Shown here piece by piece: positions 39,546 to 48,486 of a DNA stretch of 60,274 bases (position 1 is its first letter; the number at the start of each line of letters is the position of its first letter). Source of the stretch: a virus (taxonomy: Duplodnaviria > Caudoviricetes); the IMG/VR virus record IMGVR_UViG_3300027976_000041, positions 1-60,274 of that record. The stretch is one strand, 5' to 3'. The translations under genes were made by a program, and so were the position numbers. Under the pieces are notes generated by a model. The model was not told the DNA's origin. It saw only the letters and a program-made list of their open reading frames with translations, and ran no database searches.

Positions 39546-40337
39546 TACCATAGCCGTGAGTTCTGCCAAACTAATGATTTTGATACCGAGATCACGGGCT
39601 TTCTGAGTTTTTCCTGAGGTTGAATGAATATCCTTACACACAAGAATCGTGATAGCCTTGGAGAAGTTTTCTACGACCTCACCACCCATCGACTGCACTT
39701 TGGCAATCATCTCAGGCGATAATCTAACACCTGTTGCGATAATCACTTCATTTATGAGAGCGCCTTTGCCGAGAACGACTGCTTTCGGTTGAACGAATTT
39801 AACTTTCGATTTGATGCGTTGATATATTGTGTTAGCAGAACTTGCATTGCAATGAAGTAATTCCGCCGATTTTACATCATAGCCTTGGAGCTCACAGTAT
39901 TCCTCAACCGAAACCCGTCCAGATAATACTTCCTCAACCGTGTACTTATCAAATACTACTTTGAGCTTTCGTTCGCCGAGCCCACGGCCAAATAAACCAA
40001 GCGCCGCGAACAAGCGTTGAGGCGTGGTTGATTCAAGAATCTTTTTCATCATGATCCCAGCTTTACGACCGTTTTCGCCGATAACTTCTTCTAGAACTTC
40101 TGGGTTGTTGATAATACCCACCGCGCTAAAGAAACCATGTTCAATCAGTTTTGCGACAGAACCTTCGCCAATCCAATCAATCTCCATCTTCGAGAAGAAA
40201 TATTGAAGCACCTTGGCGCGCTGTTCATCGGCGCCCTCGGCTGAAGTAGATACAAGATCAACACCCGTGGCATTCCATTCTACACCAGCTCTGCCTCCTG
40301 GGAATTGCCCGTAAAACCAATCATCATATGTTTGCAT
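39543..40337 (-). CDS. ligA: NAD-dependent DNA ligase, C-terminal part (HhH and BRCT)
   Basis: WN.TGVD, IGEGSV.KL, FGRGLGERK HhH; BRCT I.ATG.R...GG.V...FSK....LV......SGK..KA..LGI.II. Confidence 0.85.
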   Translation of the reverse strand: MQTYDDWFYGQFPGGRAGVEWNATGVDLVSTSAEGADEQRAKVLQYFFSKMEIDWIGEGSVAKLIEHGFFSAVGIINNPEVLEEVIGENGRKAGIMMKKILESTTPQRLFAALGLFGRGLGERKLKVVFDKYTVEEVLSGRVSVEEYCELQGYDVKSAELLHCNASSANTIYQRIKSKVKFVQPKAVVLGKGALINEVIIATGVRLSPEMIAKVQSMGGEVVENFSKAITILVCKDIHSTSGKTQKARDLGIKIISLAELTAMV

Positions 40338-40359
40338 AATAAATCCGAAATAAAAATGT

Positions 40360-40367
40360 TATAAATA
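40360..40367 (+). promoter_or_regulatory. Late promoter TATAAATA for the endonuclease
   Basis: Exact consensus about 90 nt upstream of the ATG at 40459. Confidence 0.7.
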
Positions 40368-40368
40368 C

Positions 40369-40398
40369 ATTATAACACATTTTGTTATAAAAGTAAAA
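40369..40398 (-). promoter_or_regulatory. Early promoter driving the ligase C-terminal half
   Basis: TTTACT-N17-TATAAT with TGTG extension, matching the other early promoters. Confidence 0.8.
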
Positions 40399-40458
40399 AG
40401 TGCCATCCACGGGCCTCGAGAGCCCCGACGACAGTACGCAACCCTACTAGGAGTCTTT

Positions 40459-41253
40459 ATGCGCAACAAAAATATTTATCAATTCAACTATGTCTACCGT
40501 ATTACCAACATAGTTACTAGTATGCATTATTACGGTTGTAGAAGCTGTGATATTGATCCAAAACTAGACCTTGGTATCAAATACTTTGGTTCACTTACGG
40601 GTGAAGTCGGTAAAGCCTTTAGAGCCGACCAAAAAGCAAATCCGTCAAAATTCAAGTATAAGATCGTTAGAATATTCACCACACGTGAATCTGCACTAAC
40701 ACTCGAAATAATGCTCCATGCTATGTTTGATGTTGGCCGCAACCAGAAATTCTACAATATAGCAAAACAGACATCAACTTGGTATGATAGAACTGGTGTG
40801 CCAGTTTCTCCAGAAGTTTTAGCAAAAAGGACTATCACGCTCGCAAGAAATAGAGCGGCCCCTGGTTACATACACCCGCTTAGTGGTAAGAAGCGTTCGG
40901 CCATTCATATAGCGAGTAGCATTACCGCTAGGGCGATAATTCGGGCTAAACCAGATTACATAAATCCTCAAAAGGGTAAAAAACACACGAAAGAACATAA
41001 TGCTAGTATTGCAGCCGGTATGGCAAAAGCTAACGCCGTTCCTGGGTATATAGATAAACGTACTGGCACAGTATGGTCAGAGGAAACTAAAATTAAGGCC
41101 GCAAAAATTCGAGCAAGAAGAAGGGCTGAACCGGATTATATCAGGCCCGTATATCGGACGAATGTTTTCGTCCGTAAAATGAAACGCTTTTATTGCAGGG
41201 GGCCTGGTTTACCAAACCCGATAATGGTTGGTATAACATCTCCCGCTCGGTGA
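40459..41253 (+). CDS. GIY-YIG (Seg-like) homing endonuclease inserted antisense in ligA
   Basis: YVYRITN...HYYG.RS...YFGS, A..LE..LH..FDV..N..FYN; about 30-aa basic repeats; AGGAG SD. Confidence 0.85.
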   Translation: MRNKNIYQFNYVYRITNIVTSMHYYGCRSCDIDPKLDLGIKYFGSLTGEVGKAFRADQKANPSKFKYKIVRIFTTRESALTLEIMLHAMFDVGRNQKFYNIAKQTSTWYDRTGVPVSPEVLAKRTITLARNRAAPGYIHPLSGKKRSAIHIASSITARAIIRAKPDYINPQKGKKHTKEHNASIAAGMAKANAVPGYIDKRTGTVWSEETKIKAAKIRARRRAEPDYIRPVYRTNVFVRKMKRFYCRGPGLPNPIMVGITSPAR

Positions 41254-42278
41254 ATCTTAACAATTGAACCCGGTTGAATTTTGTTATCATAAATGAATCG
41301 TGCATTAAAACCAGAGCATCTGGAGATAGTAACCCCGCCAATATACACTGGCTCGATAAGTATGACTGGTTTGTAAAAACTGTCTTTTGACACGGACCAC
41401 TCGATTCCTATCACCTCTGTTTCTACGGAGCTATTCACCAGTTTAATTTTTACTGAGTAATTAGGATTTAAATCATCGGATGTAGCATTGAACTTTCGAT
41501 ATTCAATACTATCAACATCGACTACCACACCATCGAGTTCGTATTCTGAGTGCTCGATCATCTGTGCGATTACCATTTCAACATCTTTATAAGTAAAATG
41601 GCAATTCTGTAAGTATGTAACTGGTGTGGTGAAGTTATAGTGCTGCGATAGTATACGCATCTGTGCACTCTTATCCATTAGATTTTTGTAATTGGCGAAC
41701 ATCTCGAACGCCACGAATTTAAAATATTTGTAAAGTTCGCCTTGACCTTTAGTCGAGTTTAAGAATCCTGCGACGAAGTTACGGGCATTAGCATACTCGC
41801 GGTCGGCTTCGGCCAGAAGCGCGGGCCAATCCTTTTTAGCAATCACCAATTCGCCCCGGATAAAACCTGTAAACTTATCTCCAGTATGGGCGGGAAGGCC
41901 AACCATCTTAGATGTATGACGGATATTGGATGCGCCATAAACTCCATCGCCACGAGACCAGGAATTGATCAGGACGCCGTTTTTGTATTCCAGCAGGCAA
42001 GAATTGCCGTCGATTTTTTCGGTGAACAGATATTCACGAGCCTTTGGAAAGTTGTTTTTCCAAGCCGACCACTCTTTTTCATTGCGAATTTGATTCAAAC
42101 TGCCCATCACCATAGGCAATTTTTCCTTGCCTGTGCGTTCGTTTGAACCAATGTGCTTCAGAATCTCGGGGTTGGTTTTGGATAGAGCAAGTTCGAATGC
42201 GTCGAACTCAGTATCCGTCATGATGGGATCGCCCGCGAAGTAGGATTTCTTCGCGGCGAAATATTTGGAAACAGTCAT
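41190..42278 (-). CDS. ligA: NAD-dependent DNA ligase, N-terminal part (adenylation and OB domains)
   Basis: Y..G.PIMTD.EFD, MGSL, EKIDG, SRGDG, RGEL, ARNFVAG, ELDGVV, RAGDVIP. Confidence 0.92.
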   Translation of the reverse strand: MTVSKYFAAKKSYFAGDPIMTDTEFDAFELALSKTNPEILKHIGSNERTGKEKLPMVMGSLNQIRNEKEWSAWKNNFPKAREYLFTEKIDGNSCLLEYKNGVLINSWSRGDGVYGASNIRHTSKMVGLPAHTGDKFTGFIRGELVIAKKDWPALLAEADREYANARNFVAGFLNSTKGQGELYKYFKFVAFEMFANYKNLMDKSAQMRILSQHYNFTTPVTYLQNCHFTYKDVEMVIAQMIEHSEYELDGVVVDVDSIEYRKFNATSDDLNPNYSVKIKLVNSSVETEVIGIEWSVSKDSFYKPVILIEPVYIGGVTISRCSGFNARFIYDNKIQPGSIVKIHRAGDVIPTIIGFGKPGPLQ

Positions 42279-42280
42279 GA

Positions 42281-42511
42281 TTAGATATAGAAGGGGGTTT
42301 TGAATTCAAGTTTATTGTAAACAATTTCACGAACTGCGGTATCAAGACATTCGGCGAATTGTCCATCAAACTTTTCTGCGAGTTCTTCGAGTTCTTCAAG
42401 AACCTGTGGCCAGGTCAGTTTCAGAACCCAGGCCTCACGTACAATAGCGTGAACAGCATCGTCACCGAAGTCTGTATACATGCTATATTTGTTATCGACG
42501 AGATCGATCAT
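42281..42511 (-). CDS. Hypothetical early protein
   Basis: YSMYTDFGD.AV...E..DTAVRE.VY motif. Confidence 0.65.
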   Translation of the reverse strand: MIDLVDNKYSMYTDFGDDAVHAIVREAWVLKLTWPQVLEELEELAEKFDGQFAECLDTAVREIVYNKLEFKTPFYI

Positions 42512-42512
42512 T

Positions 42513-42701
42513 TTAGTTTCCGTTTCTGAAGTACTGAAGTGCAACTGATTCGGAAGAGCCGTGAACCATCAGTGATATTGCAGCCAGGGCCCGGCGCTCG
42601 ACCGTCTCAGCATAGCGGCGCTGTGTATAAGTTTTTGCCGTTATTTGATCTAAGCGAACTTTATCAATTATTCTGCCGAGTTTTTTAGTAAGATTTGTCA
42701 T
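42513..42701 (-). CDS. Hypothetical early protein
   Basis: AAGGA SD and early promoter at 42726-42755. Confidence 0.6.
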   Translation of the reverse strand: MTNLTKKLGRIIDKVRLDQITAKTYTQRRYAETVERRALAAISLMVHGSSESVALQYFRNGN

Positions 42702-42718
42702 TCCGATTCCTTGTTTTG

Positions 42719-42973
42719 TTAGTTTATTATAACACAACAAGGGATAAAAGTAAACCAGGTTAGCGGCCGGAGCGAACCGGTCCGAACCGGTCCGATTTTT
42801 GGGAGCAGCCGAAGCTCCCTACGACGAGATTCCATTGCAGCGTCTACTCTATTCTGCTTGACGATAGCAGTCGGTACCACACGGAAATCCCGAGAATCAG
42901 CGGTAGAAGAACGAACGGGAGTCGTGTCGATGAGAACGGTGCGAGGGGAAGAAGTTGAGAGTATTGTTTTCAT
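42719..42973 (-). CDS. Hypothetical basic protein (probably leaderless)
   Basis: ATG lies 6 nt after the -10 box. Confidence 0.45.
   Translation of the reverse strand: MKTILSTSSPRTVLIDTTPVRSSTADSRDFRVVPTAIVKQNRVDAAMESRRRELRLLPKIGPVRTGSLRPLTWFTFIPCCVIIN
42726..42755 (-). promoter_or_regulatory. Early promoter
   Basis: GTTTACTTTTATCCCTTGTTGTGTTATAAT. Confidence 0.8.
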
Positions 42974-42979
42974 TCGGCT

Positions 42980-43009
42980 ATTATATCACACACCGGAATA
43001 AAAGTAAAA
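42980..43009 (-). promoter_or_regulatory. Early promoter
   Basis: TTTTACTTTTATTCCGGTGTGTGATATAAT. Confidence 0.8.
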
Positions 43010-43201
43010 CTACTTCAGACCATACTTATCGCCTGCAACTTGAAGAATAGCCGCGGTTTTTGGCGGTAGATCTTTGACTAGTTCTGTAAAGAATAATTGA
43101 ATATAAGTTTGTAGATATTCCTGTTTATCGCAGACTGGGCTGTCAAAGCTATCAAAGCGAATACCTGCGGCGAATGCATATTTGGTTAAATGTAAATTCA
43201 T
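43010..43201 (-). CDS. Hypothetical protein
   Basis: AGGA SD; packed operon. Confidence 0.55.
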   Translation of the reverse strand: MNLHLTKYAFAAGIRFDSFDSPVCDKQEYLQTYIQLFFTELVKDLPPKTAAILQVAGDKYGLK

Positions 43202-43202
43202 T

Positions 43203-43409
43203 TTAGTTCCTAAAGTTAAGTTTGTAATCAATCATACAATCGACCCACGCGTTTTGGTAGATCAAAAGTTCTTTCCATGTGGGATGGTTCACATCCTCAT
43301 GCATAGTTGTAACTTCTTCTAAGATCGGCATAGACATAAAGAAGTTCATACTTACGTGAGCGATCTCGCCGTCGCCCAAAATTTCACGTATTTCGTCGGT
43401 TGTTCTCAT
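43203..43409 (-). CDS. Hypothetical protein
   Basis: ATGA-coupled to the upstream gene. Confidence 0.55.
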   Translation of the reverse strand: MRTTDEIREILGDGEIAHVSMNFFMSMPILEEVTTMHEDVNHPTWKELLIYQNAWVDCMIDYKLNFRN

Positions 43410-43849
43410 ATTTTAGGTGTAATGTGTCGGTGATTTATTCTACAATTGATGATGCCATTAAAATACTTATCTTGATTTTCCAAAACCTCAGAAAGCATCT
43501 GCTCTTTAGCTTCCCAATACGACATGCCGCCTTTGGTGCTGCAGAAAAACAAAATTTCTCGCGTGAATTTATCTTCGCCGAGTTCCTTAACAAGCTGAAC
43601 AAGCTTCTCGCTACTGCTCCAATATGTCGGCCAATCTGACTGCACTAAAGTTTTTGTTTTCTTTTTATATTTCGCGCCATTTTTTCTCTTCAAAGTTTTC
43701 ACGGACGTCTTCTTAAAAAACAAAAGTTTTTTTCCAAGATATGCCTTGCCATTTTCCAAACAAGTAATTTTGTAAATGAAACCTAAAGCGTTTTCGGGAA
43801 TAAGAGTTTCGTTAAATGGCGCATCATGGTATACCCACTCAGACATCAT
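43406..43849 (-). CDS. Short GIY-YIG-family nuclease
   Basis: GFIYKIT....K.YLGKK, SDW..YWSS, F.REIL, Y.E.K.Q, YFNG.I. Confidence 0.75.
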   Translation of the reverse strand: MMSEWVYHDAPFNETLIPENALGFIYKITCLENGKAYLGKKLLFFKKTSVKTLKRKNGAKYKKKTKTLVQSDWPTYWSSSEKLVQLVKELGEDKFTREILFFCSTKGGMSYWEAKEQMLSEVLENQDKYFNGIINCRINHRHITPKI

Positions 43850-43991
43850 CCGAATCGTCTGAGTTATCTAAATCAAGAGGGTCGGCGCAGACTGGGCAAT
43901 ATGCTACTTCGGCGTCATCGAAGTCGTCTCCTAGTTTTATCAATCCTCGAGTCTCGCATGAATCGCAGAAGAAGCTTATTTTTTGTGTCAT
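43839..43991 (-). CDS. 50-aa zinc-ribbon protein
   Basis: Manual translation with CDSC...CPVC and an acidic tail. Confidence 0.7.
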   Translation of the reverse strand: MTQKISFFCDSCETRGLIKLGDDFDDAEVAYCPVCADPLDLDNSDDSDDV

Positions 43992-44016
43992 AATGGTTAT
44001 CTAAGTTTATATAAAC

Positions 44017-44274
44017 CTATTTAACGCACTCTTTTAAACTAAGTAACTCCGTGAAGCCCCCGATATAGATACCATCAACAAAAATAACCGGAACAGCGCG
44101 AGCGGTCGGCGCTAATTTCATAAGGTCTTCTCTAATGATATAAGTTAGTGTGGTATCTTTCTCTTGGTTTATATCTACATGAATTTCTTCAAAAACCAAC
44201 CCCCTCTTTATAAGAAAATTCTTTGCTTGGACACAGTAAGGGCAATTTGGCTTGGAATAAATTATTATCATCAA
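44017..44274 (-). CDS. nrdC: Glutaredoxin
   Basis: IYSKPNCPYC, AVP.IF.DG.YIGGF. Confidence 0.92.
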   Translation of the reverse strand: MMIIIYSKPNCPYCVQAKNFLIKRGLVFEEIHVDINQEKDTTLTYIIREDLMKLAPTARAVPVIFVDGIYIGGFTELLSLKECVK

Positions 44275-45371
44275 AAGTCCACATCAAAGGAAGTTACAGA
44301 ATCGTCACGAATTATAGAGTTTACTTTATAGGCATTTGCGTCTTGCTCTTGTGGCGCAGCTTGGGTCTGACCGATGTTTATCCAGTTTTCTACATGGGGC
44401 ATTGGATTATATCTTGGAAACTTATGTTCAGATTCGATATCTAAAAATGTATAAACATCCCGCGCATTATATAGAACAAACTGCTTCACCATAGCCGCAT
44501 TGGTACCAACCAACTCCCGCCCATCGCTGAATAGGTTTGTCGTCCACGCAAGTTCGGATTCAACGACCTCATCGAGTAGGGCCTTTATTTTATCCTTCTG
44601 ACGCTCGTATGATACACGCCCGCGTGCTGTTGCCAATTCAATCCGAAGAACCTCTTTATCAAGTTCAACGTGAACCTCAAGCTCGTCCTGTGCAATTTTC
44701 TGAACTGCTTTTCCGATTGGTTGGAATAAATTGGAAGAGCAGATGGTGAAGGTGACAGCAAATGATGCCATAAACTGCACCCGTTCAAGCATCAGCAGTG
44801 CTACGATACCCATAAACAAGTCATCATATGCTTCGATGATCTTGACTTTACCAAGCGCGTACTTATGTGATGTATTATACAGGGTTTCCATCACGGTACC
44901 TACTGTTGATAACCGCGCGAATGATTCCTTGACGGCTAGTACTTCAGAGAGTACTGTTGTGGGGTCATCAAAAGACATTCGTACAATCTCGGAATATGTT
45001 GCTGAATGAATAACTTCATTATCAGAGATACGCTGCCATGCTGCCCATAAAGATGCATCAGTGATAAACGGCGCAAGCACTGGTGCGATAGATCGTGATG
45101 CTATGGAGTCGGCTTCCCACTGCCAAGCCAAAGTTCGGATCATTATATCATAAACTGACTTAGGGCAATTTTTAAAGTCGAGGTTGCACTGTGTGTAGTC
45201 AAATTCCGCTTCGTCCCAATCTAATGATTTCATGGTTTTGTATATTGCCCAAATCTTCGGATAGGGTTTGTTCACTGTATTGAACAAACCCGGATCTGGG
45301 CCAAAAAACAATGGGGCACTCCGATCAAGATAAGACTCTTCTGTTTGTTCAAAATTAAATACTTTGCTCAT
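44271..45371 (-). CDS. nrdB: Ribonucleotide reductase class Ia beta subunit
   Basis: W...EFD, EADS, EVIHS.TY, E.VQF..SF, DE..VH, APQE. Confidence 0.95.
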   Translation of the reverse strand: MSKVFNFEQTEESYLDRSAPLFFGPDPGLFNTVNKPYPKIWAIYKTMKSLDWDEAEFDYTQCNLDFKNCPKSVYDIMIRTLAWQWEADSIASRSIAPVLAPFITDASLWAAWQRISDNEVIHSATYSEIVRMSFDDPTTVLSEVLAVKESFARLSTVGTVMETLYNTSHKYALGKVKIIEAYDDLFMGIVALLMLERVQFMASFAVTFTICSSNLFQPIGKAVQKIAQDELEVHVELDKEVLRIELATARGRVSYERQKDKIKALLDEVVESELAWTTNLFSDGRELVGTNAAMVKQFVLYNARDVYTFLDIESEHKFPRYNPMPHVENWINIGQTQAAPQEQDANAYKVNSIIRDDSVTSFDVDF

Positions 45372-45396
45372 TTTTCATTTCCATTAAATAAATTTC

Positions 45397-45404
45397 TATA
45401 AATA
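45397..45404 (+). promoter_or_regulatory. Late promoter TATAAATA for the endonuclease
   Basis: Exact consensus followed by a stem-loop leader. Confidence 0.8.
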
Positions 45405-45462
45405 GGTGGTACTCGCGGTTTCTGAGACCCAGTACCATTAGCCAACTCAACAAGGAGCCTTT

Positions 45463-46224
45463 ATGGCCAAGTCATATACTTATCATTACGCATACCGTAT
45501 CACAAACAAGGTAACCGGAATGCACTACTACGGTGCACGTAGTTGTAATATCGAACCAAAACTAGATCTCGGTTACATTTATCCCGGCTCACTCTCAAAT
45601 AAAGAGGGTGTTATATTCGTGGCCGATCAAAAAACTAATCCCCGAAACTATAGGTACAAGGTTGTTCAAATATTTGAAACTCGCATACTGGCAATATCAC
45701 GCGAAATAATCCTCCACGCCATGTTCAACGTGAAGTGCCATCCAAAGTTCCACAATAAGTCAAACCAAACATCCACCGGATGGGATACCACTGGTACGAC
45801 CATGCCAGAAGGAGCTACGTTGAAGCGACTTAGTACCCGAGCGAATAATGATGCACTCCTAACATTAGCTAAAAGGGAAAAACGTGCCGCTGACCGAACA
45901 GCGCGCCGCATTGCAAAGGCGGCCGGTGGATTCGTTCGCAAAAAGCAAACTCCAATATCTTCAGAAGCAAATGCCATCAAAAAGCAAAAAGAAAGATATA
46001 CACGGGCCATAAATGATGCACGCAGATCACCAGAAGATACAGCGACAAATTACGCAAAGAGACTTGCATCATGGGCTCAAACTATGGCTAATGGTTTCGA
46101 GCACCCGAATAAGGGAAGGAGCCCTTCGGCGGTCTCCGAAGCATCTCGCCTGGCCTCCAGAGATAGAAACCAAGCAGCCGGGAAGATTTACAATAAACCC
46201 GGGCCCAAGATTAATAGATCATAG
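45463..46224 (+). CDS. GIY-YIG (Seg-like) homing endonuclease, antisense between nrdA and nrdB
   Basis: YAYRITN..TGMHYYGARS..PKLDLG; paralog of 40459-41253. Confidence 0.85.
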   Translation: MAKSYTYHYAYRITNKVTGMHYYGARSCNIEPKLDLGYIYPGSLSNKEGVIFVADQKTNPRNYRYKVVQIFETRILAISREIILHAMFNVKCHPKFHNKSNQTSTGWDTTGTTMPEGATLKRLSTRANNDALLTLAKREKRAADRTARRIAKAAGGFVRKKQTPISSEANAIKKQKERYTRAINDARRSPEDTATNYAKRLASWAQTMANGFEHPNKGRSPSAVSEASRLASRDRNQAAGKIYNKPGPKINRS

Positions 46225-48486
46225 CGTACACGACTCGCATGGCTCTTCGTCATCTGGTGCATCCAAACTTATTAGAGCATTTTCGGTTGTATTAAGATCA
46301 ACTCCATCAGAAGTTAGGCTCACGACATAATATCTTGTCTTCATTCCGAACTTCACCATGTCCAGGTAGTCGTTGATCATGCTCGATGATGTTACCTTAT
46401 CGTCGCCGACGATTCTCACAAACAGGTCGGCACTAATACCTTGGTCGGTCCACTTTTGCATCACAGCATATACTTTGATCATGTCTGTCGTGGCTATATC
46501 CCATGCAGACTGATATCGAACCTTCAGCTTTGTCGAATCGGGTGCGCACCAGTGATTCACTGCAGTATCGTTTGTCTTCATGATGTATGTTTCACGAATA
46601 GGGTATGGTCCATTCGTAGTACCTGAACTGATACTGCTAGACTCGCCTGGCATATAAGCTGCTAGCACAGAGTTACGAATTCCGCCGTTCTTGATGATTT
46701 TTGATCTGAGTGATTCCCAGTCTCGTTTGTTTTCAATCGTAACCAAACCACCCACCCGCTTTTCATAGGTATCGATAGGCAACCATCCAGATGGCCATTT
46801 TGTTTTGTTCATCCATGGAGCATTACCGAGTTCTTTACCAAGACGCAATGACGCGTTGATGAGATGATATATGTGTGTCTCAGCAAGCTCGTGAATAAAG
46901 TTCAAACCATCTTGATCATCATACTTTTTGTTCTTCATCGCCATAAGGTGTGCAAGACCCATCATACCAACGCCAGCCGACATACGAGCTTTTGCTGTAT
47001 CGTCTAGATTTTTGAACACATAGTCAGATTTGAAGATACACACGTCGATCATTTTAAGACTGTAATAAGCAGCATCGGCATACATCTCATCTGATTCGAT
47101 ATTCGATACGACAATCCCAGCAAGGGAACAGAGCCCTATTTCGCCGCCGCCTTCTGTATATGATTGATACAGACCTGCGACCGATTTATATGCTGATGTC
47201 GGAAGAGCTATTTCGGCGCATAAGTTACTTGAATAAATTTTGTCGTTAAACGGTGTATGCTGATTCATCATGTCGGTCATATGAAGATACTGAACCCCGG
47301 TTTCATACGATTGGGTTAGGGCGGCCAACAATACATCGCGGGCATTTAGTTTATGGATTGACGTTTTTTCAAACTCGGCATACATTTCTTCAAATTTCGT
47401 TTGATCGGTGTCGTACATCGCTTCATACATCTCTGGATGTGTAGAGTATGAGAACAGTGAGTACAACTCGTTCCGGGCCGCGCGCCGAGCAAATAGCTTA
47501 TTGGATCCAAAGTTATAATGACAGCCGCCGATCTTTTTGCTGGCAGGCGTCATTGGATGCTTTAGCTTCATAATCACCTCGACCTCTGGGTCAAAGCATG
47601 TGTAATACACAGTTGACGCGCCCCCGCGACCATTCTGCATGTTCGCGCCAATAGCTCCAACCATGGCGCGATAGTAGGGTAGTTTGCCCTGATGCTGGAT
47701 CATACCGCCACGGATTGGATCGCCAAGCGATCGCGTCTTAATGTGGGTACCGATACCCGCGCTCATGCACGTCATCATATACGCAATGTGATCGCCCGCA
47801 GCCAGACTTGGTGCAGAGTCGTGGGTTGTGTACAGACAGCACGACGCATAGCCGTTCAGTGCAGTACCGAGATTCACGAAGTTTGGGGTCGGCGCGTTGA
47901 TACGATTGTGAGCGAAGTGCTCGTACCACTTGGCCACGTGGAGCAAACGGTCGGACTTTTCATTCTCCCCTAGTGCCATGGCCATACGCATATACACGAA
48001 CTGAGCGGTTTCATATTCCAGTTTAGTAACCTTATTACGGATAGCATACTTGTTACGGATCTGATTCAATTGGAAGTGAGGATATTTCAAGTCGATTTTA
48101 TGATCAATGACACTCTCAAGATGTTCATAGTCATCGTCTGTATAGTTCAGTTTTACCATAAGACCTGCATCAAACAACCGAGAGTGCAGTTTTTTGATAG
48201 TTGGTCGGCCAGTTGGATATATGATGCGCGTCAAGAGGGCTGAGTATAATCGACCAGCCATGCGGTTGTATTCCCACGTCTTCCGATTAATACATACGTT
48301 GATAAGAGTCTCTTGAAGCTGCAAGGAACTACATTCGGTTGGACATTGATTAACTGCTTCAAGAATAACCGTTGACCATTCAACATGACCATTCAATGTC
48401 TTAGCTGCCCACATTCCCCAACCGTTTACTTTAGAAGGAGAGAATGGTTGGGTAGAACCATCCCGCTTGATGATAGTCTCGATCAT
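46219..48486 (-). CDS. nrdA: Ribonucleotide reductase class Ia alpha subunit
   Basis: IKRDG ATP cone, PTP, ASCC, SNLCAEI, LCSL, MPGESSS, DQGISAD, KTRYY, C-terminal CESC. Confidence 0.96.
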   Translation of the reverse strand: MIETIIKRDGSTQPFSPSKVNGWGMWAAKTLNGHVEWSTVILEAVNQCPTECSSLQLQETLINVCINRKTWEYNRMAGRLYSALLTRIIYPTGRPTIKKLHSRLFDAGLMVKLNYTDDDYEHLESVIDHKIDLKYPHFQLNQIRNKYAIRNKVTKLEYETAQFVYMRMAMALGENEKSDRLLHVAKWYEHFAHNRINAPTPNFVNLGTALNGYASCCLYTTHDSAPSLAAGDHIAYMMTCMSAGIGTHIKTRSLGDPIRGGMIQHQGKLPYYRAMVGAIGANMQNGRGGASTVYYTCFDPEVEVIMKLKHPMTPASKKIGGCHYNFGSNKLFARRAARNELYSLFSYSTHPEMYEAMYDTDQTKFEEMYAEFEKTSIHKLNARDVLLAALTQSYETGVQYLHMTDMMNQHTPFNDKIYSSNLCAEIALPTSAYKSVAGLYQSYTEGGGEIGLCSLAGIVVSNIESDEMYADAAYYSLKMIDVCIFKSDYVFKNLDDTAKARMSAGVGMMGLAHLMAMKNKKYDDQDGLNFIHELAETHIYHLINASLRLGKELGNAPWMNKTKWPSGWLPIDTYEKRVGGLVTIENKRDWESLRSKIIKNGGIRNSVLAAYMPGESSSISSGTTNGPYPIRETYIMKTNDTAVNHWCAPDSTKLKVRYQSAWDIATTDMIKVYAVMQKWTDQGISADLFVRIVGDDKVTSSSMINDYLDMVKFGMKTRYYVVSLTSDGVDLNTTENALISLDAPDDEEPCESCTL

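Noticed and set aside
40338-41253. Group I intron or intein interrupting ligA
   Set aside because: No recognisable P7/core elements or intein motifs. The endonuclease is antisense and fills the gap, and the C-half has its own promoter and start.
44271-48486. Introns or inteins in nrdA/nrdB
   Set aside because: Both ORFs are continuous and of normal length; the endonuclease is intergenic.
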